Positions 19,938 to 30,002 of a DNA stretch of 64,000 nt are shown here, in pieces (the first letter of the stretch is position 1; each line of letters begins with the position of its first letter). Made by a program: the position numbers and the translations under genes. The notes beneath the pieces are model-generated. The model was not told where the DNA came from, did not search any database, and saw nothing but the letters and a program-made list of their open reading frames with translations. The DNA comes from a virus: positions 17,340 through 81,339 of IMG/VR virus record IMGVR_UViG_3300042569_001270; one strand, given 5' to 3'.

Positions 19938-22226
19938 ATGAGCATTATTGCTAAAGCCACAGGTCTTGTCGCTCAGACGGCTCCTTCCGCCCAGCAGGCC
20001 TTCTCGGGAGGACTGAACTACGGCTTCTCTGTCTACAACGGGTCTACTGATGCAGGCTCCTTCACACTGCCCGTACCTCCGCAGGAGATCATCGTAGACG
20101 AGCCTCTTGCTACGTCTCTCGTCCCTACGATTGGGGCGTCGAAGTTCGTCGAGCGTCGGGGCAGCATCTTCAAGACTCTGTCAGTCTCCGGCACTTTTGG
20201 TAGTCAGCTTGGTCTGTTTCCTGAGAACTTGGACGAGAACAACACTCGCGTCAGCTCTTATGATAAAGACGGCAACTTTGTACTTGTTCCTCCTTCTGGT
20301 GTAAAGGACGACGTTAGCCTTCGCGCTGATGACGCGGATTCAAACAGGCGCACTATCACCACGTTCAACTCTGCCCGCGCTATCGTCGTTGACTACGGTA
20401 AGACCGCTTACGCAAAGTTTATGGAACTGCGTAACTTCTTCCGTTCTTACGGCTCTCATTTTAACAAAGCAGGTTCGCACACTGGGTACTACATGGTGTG
20501 GACCAACAACAAAGACGGAGACAGCTTTGTAGTTGAGCCTCTCAGCTTCAAGGTGTCCCGCGTCAAGGCTCACCTGTACAGGTATCAGGTTGATCTTCGT
20601 GTTATTGGTAACTACGACGCTATTAATTATCCAGCTGACACGACAGAGAAGACCGTTATTACTAAAGCCAAGGAGGTTCTGACCTCCGTCACTGCGCTAC
20701 AGGCTCTCGCCGCCCCCAAGAAGCCGGGCGACTACTCCCCACCGACAGCCAGTCCATTTCAGCAGGCGCTGGCCTTGGCTACAGGTCCTGCGACCAAGAT
20801 GGCGAACGGTGCGACACAGGTGCAGGCCAACGTCCAGAGCTACGCAGGCAACGCTGTGCTGGTCGCTGGCGTCGTAAACGCGTACCTCAACTCGGTAGCC
20901 CGACTGATGTCAGCTGTGTTTGGTTCTTTTGATAACCTTGCTAACACCGGACAGGCGTTTGTCGGGTTGCTTAGGACCACGGGTTCACTGGCCCAGTCGG
21001 CGGTCAATCAGGCCACGCTTCTCAACAGCAACATTCTGGCGTTCAAGGACACTGGAAAGCAGATTAAAGACGCTTTCAACATCGACACTTCGGCACTGAA
21101 GGGCTTTTGGGGAGACGAGCCTTCCTACAGCAACGCTTCGAGCGAGACGAATAACGAGACGGTGAGCCAAGGAGCAGCCCTCACCGGCACCTCCACCGTG
21201 TCGACGAGCTACGACTCTGCTGGTAACCCCACGAGGCCCGCCACCGCAGGGGGCAACGAGATCGTTGAAACAGGTATCGACTCTTCCGCCGTGACGAGCG
21301 TCAGTACCGTCAGCGTCCTGCCCGACGAAACGGGGGACCGTTTTGCCGCCCGCACTGTCGGCAACCCTGCACTGTGGCCGTTCCTTGCCGCGTTTAACAA
21401 CCTCAAGCCGCCGTACTTTAGCAACGGGCTGGACCGTCTTCCCAACACCGTTCGTCCCGGTGACACACTTTTGATCCCTGTGTTTGGCGGAGCGCCCTCT
21501 CCGACAAACACGATCTCGGCAGGCGACATTCCGAACTTCTCGGAGTTCTCTGTCACCGTGGGCAGGTACACGGTGCAGGGCGGCAAGGGTTACATCTTCG
21601 TGGACGACTATCCGTCGTGGCGGCCTAACCGATGGCTCGGATTCGTTGCAGAGTCCCCCTCCGGCGAGCGCCGACTCGTGGTTGGCAACACGGAGACGTC
21701 TATCATCGTTGCGTCCCCGTTCTCGACGGCTCTTACGCCTCAGGACACCATCGTCATTCGCTCGTACACGGCTGTCGCGCGGCAGGCACAGGCTTTCCAG
21801 AAGTCCTCGGCCATTCGGTCCCTTGGGCGTGATCTGCAGATTCAGTCCGTGGGTGCGGGCGTCAGCAGTCGCGAAGAGCGCACGTTTGATCTTGTTGTTG
21901 GCTCGGGCGATGTCTCCACCGTTCAGGCGGAAGCAAACTTCGTGCAGGCAATAGGGATCAAACTTAGGACACAGATGGGCGATCTTCCTGCACACATGGC
22001 TGGGGATGCCGTGTTTGGTCTTCCGTCACTCATCGGTTTGCCAGTCGATGCCAACTTGCTGTTCGCCTACACGACGCGCCTCAGGACCCAGTTCCTGCGT
22101 GACCCACGGGTTGTCGCTGTTCGGAACGTCAGCGTGGTGGTAGATCGTGACGTTGCGAAGGTCGGTTTGGACGTCTTGCCTCGTGGTGGAACTGAGTACC
22201 AGAGCTACACGGGCAACATCCTTTAA
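19938..22226 (+). CDS. multidomain baseplate protein (tube-initiator-like, LysM/gpX-like and gp25-like domains)
   Basis: LPVPPQEI N-domain; GNPALWPFLAAFNNL..PGDTLLIP; QAIGIKLRTQMGDLPAH..FG..DPRV C-domain. Confidence 0.6.
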   Translation: MSIIAKATGLVAQTAPSAQQAFSGGLNYGFSVYNGSTDAGSFTLPVPPQEIIVDEPLATSLVPTIGASKFVERRGSIFKTLSVSGTFGSQLGLFPENLDENNTRVSSYDKDGNFVLVPPSGVKDDVSLRADDADSNRRTITTFNSARAIVVDYGKTAYAKFMELRNFFRSYGSHFNKAGSHTGYYMVWTNNKDGDSFVVEPLSFKVSRVKAHLYRYQVDLRVIGNYDAINYPADTTEKTVITKAKEVLTSVTALQALAAPKKPGDYSPPTASPFQQALALATGPATKMANGATQVQANVQSYAGNAVLVAGVVNAYLNSVARLMSAVFGSFDNLANTGQAFVGLLRTTGSLAQSAVNQATLLNSNILAFKDTGKQIKDAFNIDTSALKGFWGDEPSYSNASSETNNETVSQGAALTGTSTVSTSYDSAGNPTRPATAGGNEIVETGIDSSAVTSVSTVSVLPDETGDRFAARTVGNPALWPFLAAFNNLKPPYFSNGLDRLPNTVRPGDTLLIPVFGGAPSPTNTISAGDIPNFSEFSVTVGRYTVQGGKGYIFVDDYPSWRPNRWLGFVAESPSGERRLVVGNTETSIIVASPFSTALTPQDTIVIRSYTAVARQAQAFQKSSAIRSLGRDLQIQSVGAGVSSREERTFDLVVGSGDVSTVQAEANFVQAIGIKLRTQMGDLPAHMAGDAVFGLPSLIGLPVDANLLFAYTTRLRTQFLRDPRVVAVRNVSVVVDRDVAKVGLDVLPRGGTEYQSYTGNIL

Positions 22227-22237
22227 CGGAGAAAACG

Positions 22238-24169
22238 ATGCTCACCATCAAGGCTTTTGATCAACTTTACGCGGAGATGAAGGACCGGGTGACCTACGCC
22301 TCCGGTGGAAAGATCACTGACTTCAACGTGGGCAGTGTGATTCGGTCGCTCCTTGAGGCTGCAGCCCTCAACGACTTCGAGCTTTACCTCGGCCTCGCAC
22401 AGCTGAAGCAGTTTAACAACATCAACGCTGTCTTTGGTGACGATCTGGACGAGCGGGCCGTAGAGTTCAACCTGACTCGACTGCCTCCGACGCCGAGCAT
22501 CGCTTCTGTCGTGTTCAGCCTGCCCAACACCATCACGGCTGCCTCCACCGTTCTCAGCACGGCAGTTACGGCTGGAAGCACACCCACGTCACTCGTTGTC
22601 GCTTCCACCAGCGGCTTCCCCTCATCGGGCTTCCTCGTGATTGATCGCGGCTATTCCATGCGTGAGCGCGTTCGCTACACGGGGAAGGCTGCAACCAGCT
22701 TCACTCTGGCGACGGATGCCTTCGCTTGGAACGGGAACTCCCCCTCTCCGACGTTCAACCACAGCGTAGGTGCAGTCATCAGGAGGAGCACGCTCGACAA
22801 CGGGGTTGATCTCGTCATCCCCGCTGGTGCCTCTCTCACCGCGCCTCCGACGCTCGCAGAGCCTGCTGAGGTGCGGTTCTCCACCAACGCCGTTGTCACG
22901 ATCCTCGACGGTGACACTGCGTCCTCCGCTGTGGCGTGCACTTCGCAAGCTTCGGGTCTGTCGCAGAACGTGTCTGCAGGCCGCATCAACGTCATCGACT
23001 CCACGCCCCTCAACGGCTTGCTTGTTACCAACCCGACTGGGAGCGTCGGTGGTGATGAGGTTGAGAGCGACATCAAGTTCAAGAGCCGTCTGGCCCTGTT
23101 TGCTCAGAGTCGGTACGGCGGCACCGCTTACGCTATTGAGCAAGCGGTTAATAATCTCACCTACACCGATCCGCTGACCGGCTCTGTCGCCACTTGCAGG
23201 CTTGCGCAGCTCGTGGAGTCGTTCAGCCCCGAGTTGTACCCCTCGTATCTGTACGTTCACGACGGATCAGACAGCCTCACCTACAAGACCACTGGCTCTG
23301 TCACTACCCCTGAAGCGTTGATCTCTAACGCAGCGTCCGGGCAGCGCCGGGGACGGACCAAGAACCGGCCTTTGCTGTCAGGCTCTCTCGCATCGCCCTC
23401 GCTCCGTTTGATGCTTGCTGTGGACCGCACCGAGCCTGCGTCGAAGCGAGGCTTTGGTAGCGGTGTCGTCAGCGGGCGTGTTCTCACCGACGGGTCGAAA
23501 AGCTGGACGACTAGCTTCGTGGGCTACAAGCTTGTTGATCGGAGCAACAACTTCTTCGACATCGTGGCAAGCAACAGCAACTCCGTGACGGTGGACAGTT
23601 CGACCGTGCTGACGCCTTCCAGCGGGCCGTATGCGCTTATTAATCCGGCTGGTGCTCCTGTGGCGTTTGGCGACTACGTTGCAAACTACTCAAGCGGTGA
23701 GATTGAACTCGTCTCCTCACTGGCGCTGCAGGCTGGTGAGTGGCTTGTGGCAATCGCTGATCCCGCTGTGAGCGGAAGCGCGTCCTACACCTACTACACG
23801 GGATTGATCGCTGAAGTTCAGGCAGTTCTGAATGGGAAGAGCGACGATCCTGAGAACTACCCCGGTGTGAAGTCCTTCGGGTGCGCTGTGTACGCCAGAG
23901 AGCCAACCCTCTCGTTCGTAAACGTCGTGGTCTCGACGACCACGGGGGAGGGCGTGCTTGAGACACAGGAGCAGCAGAACCGAGTTGCCGCCGCCGTTCG
24001 CCAGTATTTTGGGGAGTTGGCCATCGGTGGAAGTTTGATCTACGCTGAGCTTCTGGCTCGTTGTCAGCAGGTCTCAGGGGTCTACGACACGCAGGTTGTC
24101 AGCCCGTCGGCAAACGTGCAGGCTCTTCCGGGCCAGCTGCTTCGGCTTGGAACCCTCACGATCCAGTAA
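22238..24169 (+). CDS. baseplate wedge protein (J-like)
   Basis: ITDFNVGSVIRSLLEA, LDERA, VTNP..GGDEVESD, LAIGGSL, VSGVYD. Confidence 0.85.
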   Translation: MLTIKAFDQLYAEMKDRVTYASGGKITDFNVGSVIRSLLEAAALNDFELYLGLAQLKQFNNINAVFGDDLDERAVEFNLTRLPPTPSIASVVFSLPNTITAASTVLSTAVTAGSTPTSLVVASTSGFPSSGFLVIDRGYSMRERVRYTGKAATSFTLATDAFAWNGNSPSPTFNHSVGAVIRRSTLDNGVDLVIPAGASLTAPPTLAEPAEVRFSTNAVVTILDGDTASSAVACTSQASGLSQNVSAGRINVIDSTPLNGLLVTNPTGSVGGDEVESDIKFKSRLALFAQSRYGGTAYAIEQAVNNLTYTDPLTGSVATCRLAQLVESFSPELYPSYLYVHDGSDSLTYKTTGSVTTPEALISNAASGQRRGRTKNRPLLSGSLASPSLRLMLAVDRTEPASKRGFGSGVVSGRVLTDGSKSWTTSFVGYKLVDRSNNFFDIVASNSNSVTVDSSTVLTPSSGPYALINPAGAPVAFGDYVANYSSGEIELVSSLALQAGEWLVAIADPAVSGSASYTYYTGLIAEVQAVLNGKSDDPENYPGVKSFGCAVYAREPTLSFVNVVVSTTTGEGVLETQEQQNRVAAAVRQYFGELAIGGSLIYAELLARCQQVSGVYDTQVVSPSANVQALPGQLLRLGTLTIQ

Positions 24170-24178
24170 GGAGCGTCC

Positions 24179-24844
24179 ATGCGGTCGCGCTACGGGAAAG
24201 TCCCCTACGGTCTTGGTCCCTACGGAAGAGAGGTGGTCATCGCCTCCATCTCTTCCGTCGTGCCCGTGTCGCCTCCGAGCGGCGGGACCGGCGTTCCCCG
24301 TCGCCCCCGCTTCGTCGTTGTCGTGCTGCCTCCAGACGGTGCTGCCTTTGACCTGACGCGATTCTCCCTGTCTGCCGGAGGCTTGAGCCTCGTGGTCGCG
24401 GGTGTGCCCGCTGTGGGTTGGACGATTCGTGTTATTAAGGTCGGTACCGCCTATCGCGTGATCGTGGAAGTTTCAGACTACGCGACAGCCGCCTACCTGC
24501 CCGCTTCTGCTCTGGTCTCGGCGCAGGCGGCCTACAACGGTGTTACGGCAAACTGGGCGTTCACAACCGTAGCACCGTTCTTGTTTACTAAGATTGAAGC
24601 CATCGCAGACTCGCTGGTCCGGGTCTGGTTCAACCGGCCTCCTGCGGACAACAACGTCACTCGTAATCCGAGCAGTCACAGCTTCGTGGCTCGCGGTAAC
24701 GCCTCACCGGTCAGCGCCCGAGCGGTACGCTACAACGCTGGTGATCTTTTTATTCTCCTCCCTCTGGCACGCTCGATCCAGAAGACCGGCCTCTACACGT
24801 TCAAGACAGCACTCACGGACGTCAACGGCGAGAGCGTGGAGTAG
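24179..24844 (+). CDS. baseplate-associated Ig-like protein
   Basis: AAGGAG RBS; YG..PYG..PYG start; beta-rich. Confidence 0.55.
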   Translation: MRSRYGKVPYGLGPYGREVVIASISSVVPVSPPSGGTGVPRRPRFVVVVLPPDGAAFDLTRFSLSAGGLSLVVAGVPAVGWTIRVIKVGTAYRVIVEVSDYATAAYLPASALVSAQAAYNGVTANWAFTTVAPFLFTKIEAIADSLVRVWFNRPPADNNVTRNPSSHSFVARGNASPVSARAVRYNAGDLFILLPLARSIQKTGLYTFKTALTDVNGESVE

Positions 24845-24847
24845 CCA

Positions 24848-25831
24848 ATGCCCGATACCCTTCCACTCGTAGCCCAGTTCGGTACGCACTATCAGACAGA
24901 AAAAATTATCAACAACTGTCCCAGCTGGTGGGACACCACCCCCGGCGGCGGAGAGGATTCCCCCGGATCAAACTTTTACGCTCTTCTCTCTGCGGTAGGT
25001 GAGTCTGACTGGGGCGTAGGAGGCTTCGAGCCGAGGGCCATCGTCGACACGGGTCTGGCGACCTCTGTGGCAGCCAACACGCTGAACGACACCAGCAAGT
25101 CGTGGGACGGCAACAAGTTCGTCGGCATGTGGCTGGAGGACATGTACACGCTGGGTCACACGAAGCGCGTGAAGTACCGCATCACTGCCAACACCGCGAC
25201 GTCCCTGACCATCCAGACAACGACAGCCGCCGACGGCACGGTCATCACGACGCCCCTCAAGGGCGCATACCGGATCATCACTGACAACTCCGCGATGTCC
25301 GACTTGCGGGCCGACATCTTCTTGCGGACGGCTGAGTATCTTGATCTCGACAACAAGGGGTTCAACGTCGCTGTGACCCGGCCCTCGACGGGTATGAGCG
25401 ACACGTTGTACCGAAAGTTGATCCCTCTGCTGTCTTGGGGCCAGAAGCTTCTCAGACCCAGCATCGAGAACGTCCTCGCCGTGCTCTTCGGTACCGCTAA
25501 GGGTGATGGGTGGGACTGCTTTGAGATTCGCAACCGTGAGATTGTTATCGACATTTACACGACAAGTGTCGGCCTTCCGAACGGTCTCGCGTTCTACATG
25601 CGAAGCTCAGTGTCTGTCGCAGGTACCACCAATCCGGTGACCAGCTACCTCGTGTCCGACGTGTACCAGCGGACGGTTCCAGATGGGCTTACTGCTCGCG
25701 GGGCGTTCTTGGCTGGAAAGCTCGTTCTTAATAACGGTGACGTCATTGACGAACGACTGATCCAACTGATACTCAGGCGGTACTGCCGCGCAGCCGGAGT
25801 GGCCGTTAAGGTCAACTTCTTGGGAGCCTAA
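24848..25831 (+). CDS. baseplate wedge protein (I-like)
   Basis: TAEYLDLD, RP..MSDTLYR, RAAGVAV. Confidence 0.65.
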   Translation: MPDTLPLVAQFGTHYQTEKIINNCPSWWDTTPGGGEDSPGSNFYALLSAVGESDWGVGGFEPRAIVDTGLATSVAANTLNDTSKSWDGNKFVGMWLEDMYTLGHTKRVKYRITANTATSLTIQTTTAADGTVITTPLKGAYRIITDNSAMSDLRADIFLRTAEYLDLDNKGFNVAVTRPSTGMSDTLYRKLIPLLSWGQKLLRPSIENVLAVLFGTAKGDGWDCFEIRNREIVIDIYTTSVGLPNGLAFYMRSSVSVAGTTNPVTSYLVSDVYQRTVPDGLTARGAFLAGKLVLNNGDVIDERLIQLILRRYCRAAGVAVKVNFLGA

Positions 25832-27427
25832 ATGTCCACCTCACAGCTCAAGTTCCCCTTCGTCTCGGTGAATCTCCAGCGCTGGGATGCCGCAGATCAG
25901 GCTCTCCTGACCGACTACACCTCCGCACTGGTGCGTGAGTGCTTGAAGGACGTGGTCGTCGGGGACGCTCTCGGGAGGGTCTTCAAGGGCTTTCAGCCGG
26001 TGGTGAACGTTCCGAACAAGACGGTCACGTTCTCGGGCGAAGGCGTGGCCGTGGACAAGGACGGCAACCTGCTGGTTGCCATCTCGTCGTTCAACACCGT
26101 GCTGTCCCTCACTGGGCTGGCTGCCACGAAGCAGTTTTACGTCTTCGCGTACGCCAAGCCCGTGATCGACACTGTGAACAAGGCTGACCGAAAGATTTGG
26201 AACACGAGCACTACTTCTGAGAGTCAGGCGTCTGTTCCTGTCTTCAAGGACTCTGTTATTAACGTTGTTGTAAGCGACGCCTACACAATCGCCCCCAACA
26301 ACGTCAGTGGTTGCCCTGTCAGCTACGTTGATCCGCTCGACGGCAACACCTACACGACGCTGCCGCTGGCTTCCTTCAACACGGACGGCTCCGCAGGGAT
26401 CGTTGACTTTAGGGACATTCGCAAGATGTACGCCGTGGACGGCAACGTCGAGGCGGGCGTCACTGGGTTGCTGACTGAGCTTCCCCATGATTTTACTAAT
26501 ACCGACAAGACGCTTGGCATCAGGACGGTGCGGGACTTCTTCAAGGCCATCGTCAGCCGAGTGAAGGACATCGTCGGCAAGCCGAACTGGTACGACGCCC
26601 CTGATCCCATCAGCCTGTCTTCTATCTACGGACAGATTGGACCCTTTGGGTCAGGCGTCAACCGAGTCCCTTTTGTCAGCAGCACTGCCAGCCTTCCTGC
26701 TACTCCCAACAACCGTGATATTGTCTGGTACACGACCTACAGAAGCCTGTACGTCTATGACTCGTCCTCCACTCAGGGGCCTGATACGGGGGGCTGGTCA
26801 CAGACCCGACGAGTCCTCAAGCGCGATGCCCTCTTGGACACCGATCCGGGTAGGTGGTTCCTGCTGGGATCGGGGTACGGTCTGCTCAAGGCTGTTAATG
26901 GCGTTGCCACGCTTGACGCCAACGCTCTGCTTGAGCAGGACGTTAGGCCCAACTCGATAGGGTCAAACAAGCTTATTAAAGGTGCGTACTTCGTTACTGG
27001 AGTAGTTAGGATCACTCGAACCGGTATTTCTTCCTACACCGCTGAGGTTATTTATAACACTGACCATCCTAGCAATATGGCTGCTACCGTAACTGTTTCT
27101 GGGCAGGGCTTTAGTAAGGTGGCCGTAACTTGGGACGACACCTCTACAGAAGCGAAGTACGGTCGCATTTTGCGTAATCTTCAAGTATCGGACATGTACT
27201 TAGAGACCGACGCTGCAAACCACCTGTTTGAGGGGGCCAGAAGGCTCGTTCCTTACGCTGATACTGGTGATGCAGCCTCTAAACTCGGCCAGTTCTCAGA
27301 CTTTAGTAAGGGTTTTTCCGTTCAGCTTTATGACTACCCTAACGGTGTCCCCACTGCTCTTGTCACTGGCACCCCTTACGGTCCTCAGGCGTGGTTTACA
27401 TTCAGCGTTTTCTCGATGTCAGCCTAG
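25832..27427 (+). CDS. tail fibre / baseplate arm protein
   Basis: 531 aa after the wedge genes; NGVATLDA fibre motif. Confidence 0.55.
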   Translation: MSTSQLKFPFVSVNLQRWDAADQALLTDYTSALVRECLKDVVVGDALGRVFKGFQPVVNVPNKTVTFSGEGVAVDKDGNLLVAISSFNTVLSLTGLAATKQFYVFAYAKPVIDTVNKADRKIWNTSTTSESQASVPVFKDSVINVVVSDAYTIAPNNVSGCPVSYVDPLDGNTYTTLPLASFNTDGSAGIVDFRDIRKMYAVDGNVEAGVTGLLTELPHDFTNTDKTLGIRTVRDFFKAIVSRVKDIVGKPNWYDAPDPISLSSIYGQIGPFGSGVNRVPFVSSTASLPATPNNRDIVWYTTYRSLYVYDSSSTQGPDTGGWSQTRRVLKRDALLDTDPGRWFLLGSGYGLLKAVNGVATLDANALLEQDVRPNSIGSNKLIKGAYFVTGVVRITRTGISSYTAEVIYNTDHPSNMAATVTVSGQGFSKVAVTWDDTSTEAKYGRILRNLQVSDMYLETDAANHLFEGARRLVPYADTGDAASKLGQFSDFSKGFSVQLYDYPNGVPTALVTGTPYGPQAWFTFSVFSMSA

Positions 27428-27445
27428 CAGTCGAAGAGGTGATCA

Positions 27446-28588
27446 ATGTCCGCTAACACCGTGACCGTGAACCAGAACGACGTCTCGCAGGTGCCCCTCG
27501 GTGCCAGTGTGCAGATGGTGCACAACCAGTCTGCCACCACCCGCGAGTGGATGATCCTCTCTGTTCCCGTGGACGCGCCTCAGCCCACGCTGACGGTCTC
27601 CACGACGACGCAGCAGGACGACACGGCGACGTTCGTGGCCGCACGAGAGGGCAGTTACCTGCTCAAGCTGACCGTGGACTTCGGTCTTTCGACCCAGTTC
27701 ATCGGTACGCTCGCAGTGAGCGTTCGTGAGGCTGAGACGGGCGACCGGCTGCCTGCTGTCGGTGAGACGCTTGAGAACGCCGACTGGGCGCACAGCGCCG
27801 TTGATCGCGTTCTTCGTCGGGTCACCCGTCACTCGGACAACGGGACTGTCTTTGGTGTTGTGCCACCCGACCTTGAGCTTGGCTCTGTGGTCTACGCCTA
27901 CAGCACGACCACGATTGGTGATGACAACCGTGTCGTGCCGTTCTTCCTGCAGGCGTTCCCTACCAGCCTCTTCAACATGGCCTACGTCTCTGGCTTCCTC
28001 GGGGTCTACGAATCCGCCTCCGGTGTGGGCGCACGCATCCGTCACACGGGGCTTGTTCGTGGCGTCGTGGACAGCAGCCAGCCTGCACGACAGACGAAGG
28101 TTTACCTCGGCAACGATGGCAAGCCCTCGCTGACCGCCGGTACCATCGAGAGGATCATCGGCTACGTCGTGGGGAGCACCTCGACGACCTTCGACTTCAT
28201 GCTGGCGACATCCACCGCCCAGAGGCCTGCGTCGAGCGGTAACGCCTACGACGTTATGAGCTTTCACAACGGCTTCGTGGGTGCTGGTCAGATTATCATG
28301 GATTTCAAGGCCGTCAGGGCGTTCACGCTCTCTGACGTTATGAGCGAGCACAAGATGTACGCGCTCACCAACGCGCAGCAGGAGGCGGTGTTTACGCTGA
28401 CGCGCAACGGTAACGTCATCTTGATTATGACTTTTGCAGCAAGCTCTGGCATCCCGACTTTCAGCCGCCCATCAGGCAACCCTTCTCTTACGATCAATGC
28501 AAACGACCTCGTGCGACTGACCGGTCCAGCTGTCGCAGACGTCGGTCTGAGCTTCCTGCGCTGGTCCTTCAAGGGCGCTACCGTATGA
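27446..28588 (+). CDS. fibre/adaptor protein, module 1
   Basis: N-terminal PKD/Ig-like GSYLLKLTV; VYLGNDG..L; C-terminal domain shared with 31815-35198. Confidence 0.55.
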   Translation: MSANTVTVNQNDVSQVPLGASVQMVHNQSATTREWMILSVPVDAPQPTLTVSTTTQQDDTATFVAAREGSYLLKLTVDFGLSTQFIGTLAVSVREAETGDRLPAVGETLENADWAHSAVDRVLRRVTRHSDNGTVFGVVPPDLELGSVVYAYSTTTIGDDNRVVPFFLQAFPTSLFNMAYVSGFLGVYESASGVGARIRHTGLVRGVVDSSQPARQTKVYLGNDGKPSLTAGTIERIIGYVVGSTSTTFDFMLATSTAQRPASSGNAYDVMSFHNGFVGAGQIIMDFKAVRAFTLSDVMSEHKMYALTNAQQEAVFTLTRNGNVILIMTFAASSGIPTFSRPSGNPSLTINANDLVRLTGPAVADVGLSFLRWSFKGATV

Positions 28589-28857
28589 GTACGCTCATCT
28601 TCATAACCCCAAGCGAAAGCGAGGGGCCTGCGTCTCCCGCGTACTTGATCATGCACGGGAGTGTAGACTTCCTCGGAAGCTCTCTCGACCTACGCAACAA
28701 CCCCGAGTTCTTCTTACCGGGTACCTACGCGCTGTTCGACGTTGCTGACTGCACCAGCGTTACTAACGAAGCGTCACTGGTTGTCACGCCTCACCCACCG
28801 CGTACGGCAGGGGTGCCGTTCCGCGTTGGTAATCTTATTTGTGTGACGCTGACTTGA
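28585..28857 (+). CDS. small fibre-associated protein, module 1
   Basis: ATGA overlap; paralog of 35199-35480. Confidence 0.6.
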   Translation: MSTLIFITPSESEGPASPAYLIMHGSVDFLGSSLDLRNNPEFFLPGTYALFDVADCTSVTNEASLVVTPHPPRTAGVPFRVGNLICVTLT

Positions 28858-28865
28858 GGTGATCC

Positions 28866-29972
28866 ATGACTGCCTTCTTGTGGAACGGTCCAAATCCCGA
28901 CATCTTTTGGCCCGGAACACTCAACTGGAACGAGCCTCGCAACTGGAACCGCCAAGACCCGTTGAATCCTCCGAGCGGAGGGTTGCGTTTCCCAACCAAC
29001 GGTGACGACGCAGCGTTCGAGTTTGCACCTCCCGGCACCGTCACCGGCAGCATCGCTTTTCAGAATCTCAACGCGGGCGTACCGTCGGGCGGCAGTGGCT
29101 TTGAGGTAAAGCTGTCGGGGGTTAACTGCATTGACGGCTACATCGGTCCTAGTGTTGGTACCGAGATTGATATTGTAGATGGTCGAGGTCAACTCACCGC
29201 CTTTATGCAGGGCGGCAGCGTTGGATCATCGGGACTGATTCAGGGTTGTATTCTTACAGTTAAAAACGCTCCTCCTCTTGATACAGGGCTAGGGGGCAAC
29301 ATCTTTCAAAATTTTGATGACGTAGTTTTTAAGCTTATTAATCCAGGTGGGTTTGTCGAGATTTTTGGTAACGTTACTGGGTTCTCCCCCCTGCAAGTTG
29401 GCCTACGAACATCAGCCTTCAGCAACGGCAGGAACGCAGAGCTTGACGTGTGGGGCGGCGGATCATTTACGGGAGGAGTCACTTCCGAGTTTTATTACGG
29501 TCTTGTTGATGATCTGCCGTCACTCAACCTCAAGAGCAACGCTGCAGCGGGTGCTGCCGGTCAACCAATTAAACTTCGTGGCGGTAAAGTCACCTTCGCT
29601 GCCAACGGCGGCTACACCACTGCGTGGGCGGGTCACCCGTTAGTCCTCGACGTTGGGGGGTACATTGGTCCCGGCCCCACTGCTGGTCAGTACGGCGTCC
29701 CTCTGGCTGCCTACCTGCCCGACATCAGGTTTACTAACGTCCGCAACTCAGGGGCGACGTGGCACTTGAACTGTTTTGCTGCTGTTGAGCAGCTGTGCGG
29801 TACGGGCAACTTGACCAACGGGTTCGTGGGGCGTAACGACCAGATCAGCGTGAAGCCAACGGGGGCACTGGTTGCCCTCAAGCGAGGGCAGCACTTCCAC
29901 GGAACGCTGTCGTTCGACGGCACTGGAGGCAAGTTCATCTTCCCCAACCCCGCGCTTCCGTACATGCCGTAG
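28866..29972 (+). CDS. putative receptor-binding beta-helix protein, module 1
   Basis: W..PRNW..P..GDDA N-terminal motif, Gly-rich; paralog of 35477-36436. Confidence 0.5.
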   Translation: MTAFLWNGPNPDIFWPGTLNWNEPRNWNRQDPLNPPSGGLRFPTNGDDAAFEFAPPGTVTGSIAFQNLNAGVPSGGSGFEVKLSGVNCIDGYIGPSVGTEIDIVDGRGQLTAFMQGGSVGSSGLIQGCILTVKNAPPLDTGLGGNIFQNFDDVVFKLINPGGFVEIFGNVTGFSPLQVGLRTSAFSNGRNAELDVWGGGSFTGGVTSEFYYGLVDDLPSLNLKSNAAAGAAGQPIKLRGGKVTFAANGGYTTAWAGHPLVLDVGGYIGPGPTAGQYGVPLAAYLPDIRFTNVRNSGATWHLNCFAAVEQLCGTGNLTNGFVGRNDQISVKPTGALVALKRGQHFHGTLSFDGTGGKFIFPNPALPYMP

Positions 29973-30002
29973 TGCAGGCGTCCCGCCTGCTTGGAGGTCC
30001 GT

